Below are positions 1 through 8,725 of a stretch of DNA of 64,000 nt, in pieces (the first letter of the stretch is position 1; each line of letters opens with the position of its first letter). The notes under the pieces were generated by a model that saw only the letters and a program-made list of their open reading frames with translations, was not told the origin of the DNA and made no database searches. Position numbers and translations under genes: made by a program. The stretch is taken from contig JALHQL010000004.1 in the NCBI GenBank assembly GCA_022841985.1, positions 1,726 to 65,725 on the forward strand, given 5' to 3'. Origin of the DNA: Minisyncoccota bacterium (GTDB lineage Bacteria > Patescibacteriota > Minisyncoccia > Phycocordibacterales > Phycocordibacteraceae).

Positions 1-70
1 TGCCTTTTGCAGCCCTTACTCTTCCCGTATTCCCGTTCTGGCTAGTACTCTTCTCCTACGCGGGACTTAT

Positions 71-661
71 CTATAGTGCCTCCTCAAAACGATTTTCAAC
101 GACACTCCAGTTGAGGTTCGCAAAGAAGGCGTCAACATAATTTTTCTTCTCGGCAGGAACATAATCAACCATAAACGCATGTTCCCAGAGATCAAGAGCA
201 AGGATAATTGGCAATCCCGCAAGTTGCCCAACTTCGTGGTCATTCACAAACACTGTATGAAGAGTTTTTGCAACAGGGTCGGCATATACGACAACCCAAC
301 CAATACCGCGACTCCCAGCGACATCCTTTATATGCGCAATAAGATCTTGTGGGCTATATTTTTCCGCAACAGCTTTTGTAAGCGTACTATTGGCAGAGAA
401 GGGAACTGCTCCGCCCTCAAACTGAGCAAAGTAGTATTCGTGCATCCGCATGCCATCAAACTCAAATGCAAAACGACGTCGAAGCTCTGCAACCATGTAT
501 GGATCGAGCTCAAGTTTCCCAGTACGCACGAAGGCAAGCTTCTCCGCAATGAGATTCACGTGCTTTACATACCCTTCATAGAGAGCAAGATGCACCTTAA
601 TTTGCTTCTCCGAAATACCTGCAAGAACCGGTAGATTGAATGCTTTTGTTGGATATGTCAT
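71..661 (-). CDS. Fe/Mn-family superoxide dismutase
   Basis: 196 aa; C-terminal DLWEHAF(M)VDY motif typical of Fe/Mn SOD; overall length and His/Asp ligand spacing consistent. Confidence 0.85.
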   Translation of the reverse strand: MTYPTKAFNLPVLAGISEKQIKVHLALYEGYVKHVNLIAEKLAFVRTGKLELDPYMVAELRRRFAFEFDGMRMHEYYFAQFEGGAVPFSANSTLTKAVAEKYSPQDLIAHIKDVAGSRGIGWVVVYADPVAKTLHTVFVNDHEVGQLAGLPIILALDLWEHAFMVDYVPAEKKNYVDAFFANLNWSVVENRFEEAL

Positions 662-1137
662 ACGATAGAATCTATCACATGTTCAACTCTCTACCGAGAA
701 GTGTGTATCTCATACTTTTCGTCATACTCACCGCAGGAAATATAAGTGTGTACCGAACGATACTCGCGCCGCAGACACTCAAGACGTCAGTACTTGAGGT
801 AGGGAAGAAGGGGAGTGCGATTCTTGTGCGTAGCTCAGACGGCGCGATAATCCTCATCGATACAGGGCCAGACGCAAGCATTCTCCGCGCTCTTGGAAAA
901 GAATTGCCGCCATGGCAGAGAAAAATTGACGCGGTCCTGCTTACGAGCGAAAAGAATAGCGCCGTTGGCGGGCTACCGGATGTCCTCAGTCATTACCATG
1001 TGACACAGCAGATATCCCTGACACGCGATCAACGACTCACTTTTGGCACCGATACCTATATTGATATTGAAATACGTAAAAACGCCCCTGCGGGCGTTTT
1101 TGTTTCAGACGGAGTTTCGGTTCACTCAATTAGATAG
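640..1137 (+). CDS. ComEC-like metallo-beta-lactamase-fold domain protein, active site apparently degenerate
   Basis: 165 aa; '...SAILVRSSDGAIILIDTGPD...KIDAVLLTSEKNSAVGGLPDVL' resembles ComEC C-terminal MBL domain but HxHxDH replaced by TSEKNS; N-terminal hydrophobic segment. Confidence 0.4.
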   Translation: MLLLDMSYDRIYHMFNSLPRSVYLILFVILTAGNISVYRTILAPQTLKTSVLEVGKKGSAILVRSSDGAIILIDTGPDASILRALGKELPPWQRKIDAVLLTSEKNSAVGGLPDVLSHYHVTQQISLTRDQRLTFGTDTYIDIEIRKNAPAGVFVSDGVSVHSIR

Positions 1138-1372
1138 CTCCGGCCTTCTTCAGTGCTGCAAAAGCACCGTTCTTCTTAATAGTCTTGAGCCCCTTTATTG
1201 ATACGTCGACGATAATGGTCTTTTTAAGTTCTGGCACGTACACACGGCGCTTATGGAGATTTGCCTTACGACGGACCTTGCCAACCGGGTTAAATTGCGT
1301 TGCACGGGTGCGGTTAGAGTACCGCCCGCCAATTTGCGTGCTCTTGCCAGTTATTTCACAAGCTCGTGCCAT
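1130..1372 (-). CDS. rpmB: 50S ribosomal protein L28
   Basis: ORF trimmed to internal Met 'MARACEITGKSTQIGGRYSNRTRATQFNPVGKVRRKANLHKRRVYVPE...' = L28 signature; upstream part of ORF-track ORF is spurious. Confidence 0.8.
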   Translation of the reverse strand: MARACEITGKSTQIGGRYSNRTRATQFNPVGKVRRKANLHKRRVYVPELKKTIIVDVSIKGLKTIKKNGAFAALKKAGAI

Positions 1373-1411
1373 AGTCGTTGCATGGTAGCATAGGATACGA
1401 AACCAGCAAAT

Positions 1412-2047
1412 ATGGAAATCTTTCTCTCTCTTGTCGTTCTTGTTCTCTCTATTATCGCGCATGAAGTCGCGCACGGCTACGCCGCCAATTCGCTCGGCGA
1501 CCCAACTGCCCGTCTCGCCGGCCGCCTCACTCTCAATCCGATCCCGCACGTCGATCTTATGGGCTCTATTATCCTCCCCGCACTCCTTGTCTTCACAAGC
1601 TCGCCAATACTTTTCGGCTGGGCAAAACCTGTCCCTTATAACCCCTACAATCTCAGAAATCAGCGCTGGGGCGAAGCCTTTGTCGCAGTCGCTGGTAGCG
1701 CAACTAATATCCTTCTCGCAATTATTTTTGGTCTTATCGTCCGATTCGGGGGAGCGATCGGACTCGACGAAGCGGCACTTTCACTTGCTGCAACAATCGC
1801 ATTCATTAATCTTTTTCTTGGTCTTTTCAACCTTATTCCGTTTCCACCTCTTGATGGCTTCACCGTACTGCGCGCAGGGCTTCCGTGGCATCTCTCTTCC
1901 GGTTTGAGCCGTATTGAACAACAGGTTCGCGCTGCTGGTATTCTCTCGCTTGTCATTTTCCTTATTGTCTTCTCCTATGTCTTTGCCGGGCCATTCTTCA
2001 ATTTCGTCCGCTGGCTCTTTGGGCTTCTCATAGGCAGCGGTATATAA
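1412..2047 (+). CDS. site-2 protease family (M50) zinc metalloprotease
   Basis: 211 aa polytopic membrane protein with HEVAHG (HExxH) in first TM helix and downstream LDG motif. Confidence 0.75.
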   Translation: MEIFLSLVVLVLSIIAHEVAHGYAANSLGDPTARLAGRLTLNPIPHVDLMGSIILPALLVFTSSPILFGWAKPVPYNPYNLRNQRWGEAFVAVAGSATNILLAIIFGLIVRFGGAIGLDEAALSLAATIAFINLFLGLFNLIPFPPLDGFTVLRAGLPWHLSSGLSRIEQQVRAAGILSLVIFLIVFSYVFAGPFFNFVRWLFGLLIGSGI

Positions 2048-2313
2048 TGCACTCTATGGACTTCAATAAAATCCCGAAACAATTCTGCGAGAACGTCGTT
2101 GCGGGACACTCCGAAGAAAATTTCGTCATGATCATGAGCGTTGGCGAAACGGCAAATGCCTATGCGCTCACGCCGCCGCACATGAAGCGTCTTGTGCAAA
2201 GTCTCACACATCAAGTTGAGGAATATGAAAAAAAGTTTGGTCCCATACAAGCAACATGGTCACCCGGCATTGAGAGTCCTATTCAATCTAAAGATATTAA
2301 GGGGAATAGTTAA
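2047..2313 (+). CDS. small hypothetical protein (DUF3467-like)
   Basis: 88 aa; pattern '...NVVAGHSEENFVMIMSV...TPPHMKRLVQSLTHQVEEYEKKFG' resembles DUF3467 proteins; weak. Confidence 0.4.
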   Translation: MHSMDFNKIPKQFCENVVAGHSEENFVMIMSVGETANAYALTPPHMKRLVQSLTHQVEEYEKKFGPIQATWSPGIESPIQSKDIKGNS

Positions 2314-2347
2314 TGTTCGTTACATACGGCTGCTATACTAGAAAGGT

Positions 2348-2770
2348 ATGGAGTACCATGTGCCGCAATTCATTGAGGTTGAAGATAAGATAATCGGGCC
2401 TTTGACCTTGCGACAATTTATTTACATCGCTGGGGCGGGCGGGCTTTGCATTGTCTTCTTTGCCTATTTGCCAATCGTCTTTGCTCTTCTGCTCTCGGTA
2501 CCAGTCATAGCGTTCGCAGCAGCGCTCGCATTCTATAAAGTAAACGGCAAAGCGTTCATCGACATTCTTGAAGCTGGCTTTAATTACTACACAGGAGCAA
2601 AACTCTTCCTCTGGAAACAGCGCGAAATCAAGGCAGAGGAGCAGCATGCAGCAGCGACTGCAGCTGCCGCAGCTGCTACTGCTCTCCGAGAAGTTCGAAA
2701 CACCCCGAAACTGACACGGGGAAAACTCTCTGAACTCGCATGGTCGCTCGATGTTCGTTCCTCAAAATAA
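2348..2770 (+). CDS. PrgI-family membrane protein (T4SS VirB3-like)
   Basis: 140 aa; N-term 'MEYHVPQFIEVEDKIIGPLTLRQFIYI' followed by two hydrophobic helices, Ala-rich tail; typical PrgI family; directly upstream of VirB4-like ATPase. Confidence 0.6.
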   Translation: MEYHVPQFIEVEDKIIGPLTLRQFIYIAGAGGLCIVFFAYLPIVFALLLSVPVIAFAAALAFYKVNGKAFIDILEAGFNYYTGAKLFLWKQREIKAEEQHAAATAAAAAATALREVRNTPKLTRGKLSELAWSLDVRSSK

Positions 2771-2771
2771 T

Positions 2772-3407
2772 ATGGCGACAAAAATAGCAAGCGCGACCCA
2801 ACAATTTGTTCCCGTTAAAGAAATACGAAATGGCACCATCATTCTCAAAGATGGTAGTTATCGCGGTGTCGTCATCTGTTCGTCCATCAACTTCGGACTT
2901 AAATCAGCCGATGAGCAGCATGCCATCACTCTCGGTTTTCAAAATTTCCTCAATACGCTCGATTTTTCAATTCAGATTGTCGTAAACTCGCGGAAGATGG
3001 ACTTACGCCCCTACCTCGCGCTTCTTGCCGAGAAAGCTTCTGAACAGAAAACGGAGCTTATGCGAATTCAGCTTCGCGAATATATAGAATTTGTTCGATC
3101 TTTTGCCGACCAGGCGAACATTATGACGAAGTCATTTTATATCATCGTCCCCTATGCGCCGCATGTTTCTGTGTCTAGCGCTACCGGTTTCCTGCGGCGT
3201 GAGAGCGACTCTGCGAAGAGTGCTGCAGCTCAGACTTCCTTTGAAGAGAGTCGTGCGCAACTTGAACAGCGCCTCTCTCTTGTTATCGGGGGCCTTGCAG
3301 GTACCGGGGTGCGTGCAGTCCCACTTGGCACCGAAGAAATCATAGAGCTTCTCTATCGGTCATTTAATCCCGGAGAGCTCGAAAACCCTATTCGTTTGGA
3401 TAATTGA
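2772..3407 (+). CDS. hypothetical protein in VirB4 cluster
   Basis: 212 aa from ATG immediately after prgI stop; soluble, no recognisable motif; position matches separately-encoded N-terminal module seen next to some VirB4 homologues (inference). Confidence 0.45.
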   Translation: MATKIASATQQFVPVKEIRNGTIILKDGSYRGVVICSSINFGLKSADEQHAITLGFQNFLNTLDFSIQIVVNSRKMDLRPYLALLAEKASEQKTELMRIQLREYIEFVRSFADQANIMTKSFYIIVPYAPHVSVSSATGFLRRESDSAKSAAAQTSFEESRAQLEQRLSLVIGGLAGTGVRAVPLGTEEIIELLYRSFNPGELENPIRLDN

Positions 3408-3408
3408 T

Positions 3409-5229
3409 ATGTCATTACTTAATTTCCTCAATCGTAAAAAAGAAGAAGCTCCGGCAATAACACCGGTCCTACCGAAAGATATTTACCGACAAGGCTCATT
3501 GGATCTCGTCGATACTATCGCTCCGACGGCACTCAAGATCAGTTCACGCGAGATCGAACTTGGCGAAAAATTCGTCCGTACTTTTTATACCATCTCCTAC
3601 CCACGATTCCTCTCTGACAGCTGGTTCTCGCCCGTCATCAATCTCGACAAAGTGCTTGATGTCTCCATATTCATCCACCCGATAGAGACTGAGGTTGCGC
3701 TGCGCGGCTTCCAGAAGAAAGTTGCTGAGGTCCAGAGCCAAATCAGTGAGCGCGAAGCGAAAGGGTTGGTACGCGACCCTCTGCTCGATACCGCTTACCA
3801 AGATCTCGAGGATTTGCGAGACAGTCTGCAACAAGCGCAGGAAAAACTTTTTAATGTTGGATTGTACCTCGCCCTCTACGGCGACTCTAAAGAGGAAATC
3901 GATAAGACTGAAGGCGATATCCGCGGCATCCTCGACTCGAAACTTGTCTACACTAAGCCGGCGCTCTTCCAGCAAGAACAAGGGATTCGTTCTTGTCTGC
4001 CACTCGGCACCGACGAGCTCCTCGTTAATTCAAAACTCGATTCCTCGCCTCTTTCTTCGCTCTTTCCTTTCGTCTCCTTCGATCTCACAAGTGATCGCGG
4101 CATCCTCTACGGCATCAACCGCCATAATTCCTCTCTCATCCTTTTCGATCGCTTTTCGCTCGAAAACTACAATTCCGTCATTTTCGCAAAATCAGGCTCG
4201 GGCAAAAGCTATGCGACGAAGCTTGAGCTCCTACGTTCGCTCATGTTCGGCACTGACATCATCGTCATCGACCCTGAGCGGGAGTATGAACAACTTGCAG
4301 AAGCGACCGGTGGACGTTCTTTTAACATTTCGCTTTCCTCCGAGCACCATATCAATCCTTTTGATCTCCCGCCTGTCAAAGAGGATGAGGATCCGAAGAA
4401 TATTCTGCGCTCTAACATCATTGCGCTTGTCGGACTGTTTCGCATCATGCTCTCTGGTCTTACCCCCTCAGAGGATGCCATCATCGATCGCGCAATCAGC
4501 GAAACCTATGCGCTCAAAGATATCACCGGCGATACTGACTTTACGGGCGCCGAACCTCCATCTCTCTCCGACTTTGAGCAAGTGCTCTCCGGCATGGAGG
4601 GAAGCGAATCTTTGGTTGAACGCCTCTCAAAATACACGCGAGGTACCTGGGCAGGATTCCTCAACCAGCCGACCAACATCGACCTCAAGCAACAATTCGT
4701 CGTCTTCTCCGTGCGCGATATGGAGGATGAGCTTAAACCTGTGGCGATGTATATCATCACACACTACATCTGGAATGCGGTGCGCCACGAACTAAAGAAA
4801 CGCCTGCTCGTCATCGACGAAGCATGGTGGATGATGAAGAGTGAAGACACCGCCTCCTTCCTCTACTCAGTGGCAAAACGAGGACGCAAATATTATCTGG
4901 GTGTTTGCACGATTACCCAAGATGTTGAGGACTTCCTCAAGAGTCCGTATGGGCGGCCGATTCTTACCAACTCTTCTTTGCAATTGCTGCTAAAACAGTC
5001 GCCGACGACAATCGACGTGCTAAAAGAAACTTTCAGTCTCACTGAGGAAGAAAAATATCTCTTGCTCGAAGCCGGGGTGGGGGAGGGACTCTTCTTCGCA
5101 GGATTAAAACATGTTGCTATCAAGATAGTCGCGAGCTACACGGAAGACCAGATAATTACCTCCGATCCATCGCAAGTCCTCGCGATTAAACAGGAGAAGG
5201 ATCGCCATGTCCTTGCGCAGAAACAATAA
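3409..5229 (+). CDS. VirB4/TrsE/TraC-family type IV secretion ATPase
   Basis: 606 aa; Walker A 'FAKSGSGKSYATK', Walker B-like 'RLLVIDEAWWMM', C-terminal 'GVCTITQDVEDF' (Q-motif of VirB4/DUF87 ATPases). Confidence 0.8.
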   Translation: MSLLNFLNRKKEEAPAITPVLPKDIYRQGSLDLVDTIAPTALKISSREIELGEKFVRTFYTISYPRFLSDSWFSPVINLDKVLDVSIFIHPIETEVALRGFQKKVAEVQSQISEREAKGLVRDPLLDTAYQDLEDLRDSLQQAQEKLFNVGLYLALYGDSKEEIDKTEGDIRGILDSKLVYTKPALFQQEQGIRSCLPLGTDELLVNSKLDSSPLSSLFPFVSFDLTSDRGILYGINRHNSSLILFDRFSLENYNSVIFAKSGSGKSYATKLELLRSLMFGTDIIVIDPEREYEQLAEATGGRSFNISLSSEHHINPFDLPPVKEDEDPKNILRSNIIALVGLFRIMLSGLTPSEDAIIDRAISETYALKDITGDTDFTGAEPPSLSDFEQVLSGMEGSESLVERLSKYTRGTWAGFLNQPTNIDLKQQFVVFSVRDMEDELKPVAMYIITHYIWNAVRHELKKRLLVIDEAWWMMKSEDTASFLYSVAKRGRKYYLGVCTITQDVEDFLKSPYGRPILTNSSLQLLLKQSPTTIDVLKETFSLTEEEKYLLLEAGVGEGLFFAGLKHVAIKIVASYTEDQIITSDPSQVLAIKQEKDRHVLAQKQ

Positions 5230-5851
5230 GCCGACGGTGCCTGAAGCGATGACGTGGGGAAAAGCTGCGCCCGTCCTTGCAATCTCTGCCATTTTTGACG
5301 CGCTAGGATTTTTATTTGGGATGTTTTGGCTCTTCGGTCCGGCATTAGCCGCTGCATACTGTACTGCCGTGGCAGGTGAGACCTTAGCAACATGGACATT
5401 TGGATTATTAGGGACAAAAACTGCCGCAGCAGTGTGCACGGCTGGCGCGGCGACGGCGGGATCATTCCTCTCGGAGCCTCTCATTATCTTCGGTACTGTG
5501 ATGGCTATGGCCACCGAACTCTTTGGTTGGCTCACAATTGGACTCATACTTATGATGACCAATGCGCGCATATTTAAAGAACATCAGAGTCATTCGCTTT
5601 TATTTGTTTCTAGTCTTGGCCTGTCCGAAATTCCATTGATTGGCTCTCTTCCCGCGCTTACTGGAGCCACTATTAAGATGTATCATGCTCAAATTAAGAA
5701 AGACAAAGAGATTTTGCTGAAACATAAGAAAGAGAGTGCCAATGCACAACTGCAAGAGCGCCGACAGCAAGCTGCAAAACTTATGCAGGCACACTATGCA
5801 AAAGCAGCAAACGCCGAGAGAATCCCCGACGAACTGCGTGAAGCGGCATAA
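5207..5851 (+). CDS. polytopic membrane protein with C-terminal coiled-coil (possible VirB6-like component)
   Basis: 214 aa; 4-5 predicted TM helices then charged helical tail; overlaps virB4-like stop by 23 nt (coupled). Confidence 0.45.
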   Translation: MSLRRNNKPTVPEAMTWGKAAPVLAISAIFDALGFLFGMFWLFGPALAAAYCTAVAGETLATWTFGLLGTKTAAAVCTAGAATAGSFLSEPLIIFGTVMAMATELFGWLTIGLILMMTNARIFKEHQSHSLLFVSSLGLSEIPLIGSLPALTGATIKMYHAQIKKDKEILLKHKKESANAQLQERRQQAAKLMQAHYAKAANAERIPDELREAA

Positions 5852-6002
5852 GCGAAGCTTGCTCCCTGCGCGCGTTCGCAAGAGAAAAATCAGAATTTCT
5901 CTCTTGTCTCACTTGCTTGGTAGTAAGCGAAGCTTGCTCCCTGCGTTCGCTTCGAACAAATGAATGAAGACATTCATTTGTTACTCGACTCACTTGGTAG
6001 TG
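5849..6002. repeat. imperfect ~75-bp tandem duplication with internal hairpins
   Basis: 'taagcgaagcttgctccctgcg' at 5849-5870 and 5924-5945; 'ctcacttg(ctt)ggtag' at 5908-5922 and 5990-6002; palindrome caaatgaatgaagacattcatttg at 5958-5981. Confidence 0.6.
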
Positions 6003-6032
6003 AACACCTCGCGTAGGATATATACTATAGGC

Positions 6033-7028
6033 ATGCATTTTAATTTCGTCATCGCTTGTATCGGAATCATCTTTGCCGTTCCTTTTGCAGCGACGGCCCA
6101 ATCCATAGGAAGTGCTGCGCAAGGTACTCCTTTTACTATCTCGGTGCGTCCGCAGTATCCGTCGCCGGGCAGCAAAGCGACCATTTCGCTCGTTTCGACT
6201 TCTCTGGACCTCGCGAATGCGATTATGACCGTTTTGGTTGCAGGGAAGGAAATCTATAGAGGCGCCGTGCAGCCAGTCGCCATTCCGCTCGGCAAAACAG
6301 GAAGTGTCGCAAATACGAAAGTGACAATTTCTTCCGGCGGTGTGAACTACAGCCAAACAGTCTTTATACAACCGCAAGATGTTGTACTCATCGCTGAACC
6401 TGTTTCATCGACGCCTCCACTTTATCCTGGTAAGTCTCTGGTGCCGATCGGGGGAGATGTACGAGTCGTCGCAGCAGCGAACTTAAGAGATGCTCAAGGA
6501 AAGACAATTGATCCTGCTACTCTTTCTTATGTATGGATGGTCAACGATGCTCAAATTGCAGATGCCTCTGGTATTGGCAAACAAGCGATTATGGTTGCTT
6601 CACCGTTACAATACCGTGCGCGTTCAGTGGCAGTCGCCGTCACGAGCCAAGACGGAATCCTTGTAGGCGGAGCGTCGCTCTCTTTCACGGCTCAAGAACC
6701 GACCGTGCGCCTTTACCGAAACGACCCCTTGCTCGGTATTCGCTACAACCGAGCTCTTTCCGGAGAATATGCCATCAGTGATGTGGAGGCTGCCATTTAT
6801 GCAGCGCCCTTCTCCTTGCCGACAACAAGCGGAGTACCTTTGGTCCAATGGTTCTTAAACGGCGCTCCGGCACAGACAGGCAATTCAATAACCCTGCGAC
6901 CAACAGGGAAAGGCCAAGGAAATGCGACACTCTCACTTGTCGCTTCTGCGAATAGTAGTGCGTCAGCCACTGCAAACCTCTCACTCCTTTTTGGGAAAGA
7001 ACCGAGTTTTAACCTATTCGGCTTATGA
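6033..7028 (+). CDS. secreted hypothetical protein (Ig-like repeats)
   Basis: start moved to 'MHFNFVIACIGIIFAVPFAATAQS' signal peptide; beta-rich, Thr/Ser/Val-rich repeats. Confidence 0.5.
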   Translation: MHFNFVIACIGIIFAVPFAATAQSIGSAAQGTPFTISVRPQYPSPGSKATISLVSTSLDLANAIMTVLVAGKEIYRGAVQPVAIPLGKTGSVANTKVTISSGGVNYSQTVFIQPQDVVLIAEPVSSTPPLYPGKSLVPIGGDVRVVAAANLRDAQGKTIDPATLSYVWMVNDAQIADASGIGKQAIMVASPLQYRARSVAVAVTSQDGILVGGASLSFTAQEPTVRLYRNDPLLGIRYNRALSGEYAISDVEAAIYAAPFSLPTTSGVPLVQWFLNGAPAQTGNSITLRPTGKGQGNATLSLVASANSSASATANLSLLFGKEPSFNLFGL

Positions 7029-7519
7029 AAAAAATGAATTTTGTGGCAATCGTCCTGTTTCTTGGATTTACTCCTCTCTATGTGTTTGCTCAGGGTTTCG
7101 TCCCGCTCGCAGGAATTCCAGGACTTACCACAGGCGAGGTGGCGGGTTCAGGCAATCTTGCACTCTTTTTCAATAATCTCTATAAGTATCTCATTGGTCT
7201 CGCTGCCACGCTCGCAATCATTCAGATTATCTGGGGAGGAATTGCTATAGCAACCAACAAGGACGATGTCAGTAAAATACTTGACGAGAAAGGAAAAATT
7301 TACAATGCGATCTTCGGTCTTATACTAGTCCTCTCACCCGTACTTGTTTTTTCTATCATAAATCCGAACATCTTGAATCTCTCTCTTAACCTCCCGCCAC
7401 TTGGCACGACACCCCCAGCTCGTTCTTCGGCGCTATCTACAACAACTCCTACACAGGCGCTGCCTCAAACAGGAGAAACATCTGTCCTGTCTGGTACGGC
7501 CTTACCTATACAATTCTAA
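7025..7519 (+). CDS. pilin-like protein (VirB2/TrbC-like candidate)
   Basis: 164 aa; signal peptide 'MKKMNFVAIVLFLGFTPLYVFAQG', then two hydrophobic helices separated by short loop (IGLAATLAIIQIIWGGIAIA / IFGLILVLSPVLVFSII), Pro/Thr-rich tail. Confidence 0.45.
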   Translation: MKKMNFVAIVLFLGFTPLYVFAQGFVPLAGIPGLTTGEVAGSGNLALFFNNLYKYLIGLAATLAIIQIIWGGIAIATNKDDVSKILDEKGKIYNAIFGLILVLSPVLVFSIINPNILNLSLNLPPLGTTPPARSSALSTTTPTQALPQTGETSVLSGTALPIQF

Positions 7520-7522
7520 ATT

Positions 7523-8725
7523 ATGCGCCGCACACTTACCATCGTCTCTACCATAATAGTCCTCGTCGGGATCGGGACGGGAGTATATTTTTACTTCTTT
7601 GCGAATACCACAGGTGTCACAATCGCACCTCCTGAGGGAGGTGGTTTGCCGATAGCTGGGCAGGGGACAATGCCGATCACAGGAAATACTCCTGATACGG
7701 AAGCTCCAGTTGGTGCTCCCGTGTCAGTCTCTGCACGACTTGTGAAAATAAGTCCCGGACCAGTCGCACTTGGTGCGGTTGTCATTGACCATAAGGCGGT
7801 GAACGCAAGTTCTTCACCAGAAGTTGCTGTCTCCTACATCGAGCGACAAAGTGGCAATGTATTTTCCTATAAAGTTGGGGCCGCGACACTCACCCGTACT
7901 TCAAACAAGACCGTCCCTGGCATTCAGACGGCTTCATGGCTCCCTGACGGGTCACTCGCCTTCGTGCGCTACTTGTCGGGGACTGACTTTTCTACCATTA
8001 ATACGTATGCTCTTCCTTCAAACGGCTCGAATGGTTTTTTTCTACCCCAAAATCTTGCTGATGTAGCGGCTAGTCCGACAAGAGTCCTCACTCTCTCATC
8101 GGGCGTAAACGGATCGACTGTCTCACTCAGACGTATAGACGGCACCTCTCCCTCAACCGTATTTACAACACACCTCTCTGCGCTTCGATCTTCCTTTTCA
8201 GGAAAAAGTCAGTATCTCGTATTCACAAAACCTTCGATGACTCTTGCTGGCAATGCTTTTCTCATTGAGACTTCCGGCCGTTTCTCCCGTATTGCGGGAC
8301 CGCACAATGGTCTTGTAGCACTTGCGAGTCCGCTCGGGAAATGGATCCTTGTGAGTTTTGTACAAGAGGGTTCGATGCGTATGAACCTTATCAATACTGC
8401 GACAGCCGAGAGTATCCCTCTCCCTGTTGCGACCATCGCAGACAAATGCGTATGGACGGCCGATGATTCAGTTATCTATTGCGGCATTCCAGTAAATCCC
8501 CCCTCTGATTTTAATTATCCGGACGATTGGTACCAAGGAGCTGTGCCTTTCAATGATCGTCTATGGAAGATACAAGTTGATGGCCGTTATGCGCAACTGG
8601 TACTCGATTTTTCTGCAGAAACAAAAGATTCTCTTGATGCCGAGGCCCTTGCCATTAATCCCGCAAACACTGTCCTTGTATTCGTCAACAAGAACGATGG
8701 TTCTCTGTGGTCGTACTCACTGTGA
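7523..8725 (+). CDS. N-terminally membrane-anchored beta-propeller-like protein
   Basis: 400 aa; single N-terminal TM, repeated 'W/F-x-x-DGS' like blades (WLPDGSLAF, WTADDSVIY). Confidence 0.45.
   Translation: MRRTLTIVSTIIVLVGIGTGVYFYFFANTTGVTIAPPEGGGLPIAGQGTMPITGNTPDTEAPVGAPVSVSARLVKISPGPVALGAVVIDHKAVNASSSPEVAVSYIERQSGNVFSYKVGAATLTRTSNKTVPGIQTASWLPDGSLAFVRYLSGTDFSTINTYALPSNGSNGFFLPQNLADVAASPTRVLTLSSGVNGSTVSLRRIDGTSPSTVFTTHLSALRSSFSGKSQYLVFTKPSMTLAGNAFLIETSGRFSRIAGPHNGLVALASPLGKWILVSFVQEGSMRMNLINTATAESIPLPVATIADKCVWTADDSVIYCGIPVNPPSDFNYPDDWYQGAVPFNDRLWKIQVDGRYAQLVLDFSAETKDSLDAEALAINPANTVLVFVNKNDGSLWSYSL

Noticed and set aside
1130-1549. Full 139-aa ORF-track ORF
   Set aside because: Only the C-terminal 80 aa (from MARACEITGK) match ribosomal protein L28; upstream portion overlaps the M50 protease gene start and is not conserved-looking. 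Trimmed to 1130..1372.
2333-2647. 104-aa minus-strand ORF overlapping prgI
   Set aside because: Plus-strand frame gives a canonical PrgI-family protein in operon with the VirB4-like ATPase; minus-strand ORF has no features.
3695-4795. 366-aa ORF in an alternative plus-strand frame inside the VirB4-like gene
   Set aside because: Ser/Arg/Leu-rich low-complexity translation, entirely embedded in a gene with strong Walker A/B motifs in the other frame; typical shadow ORF.
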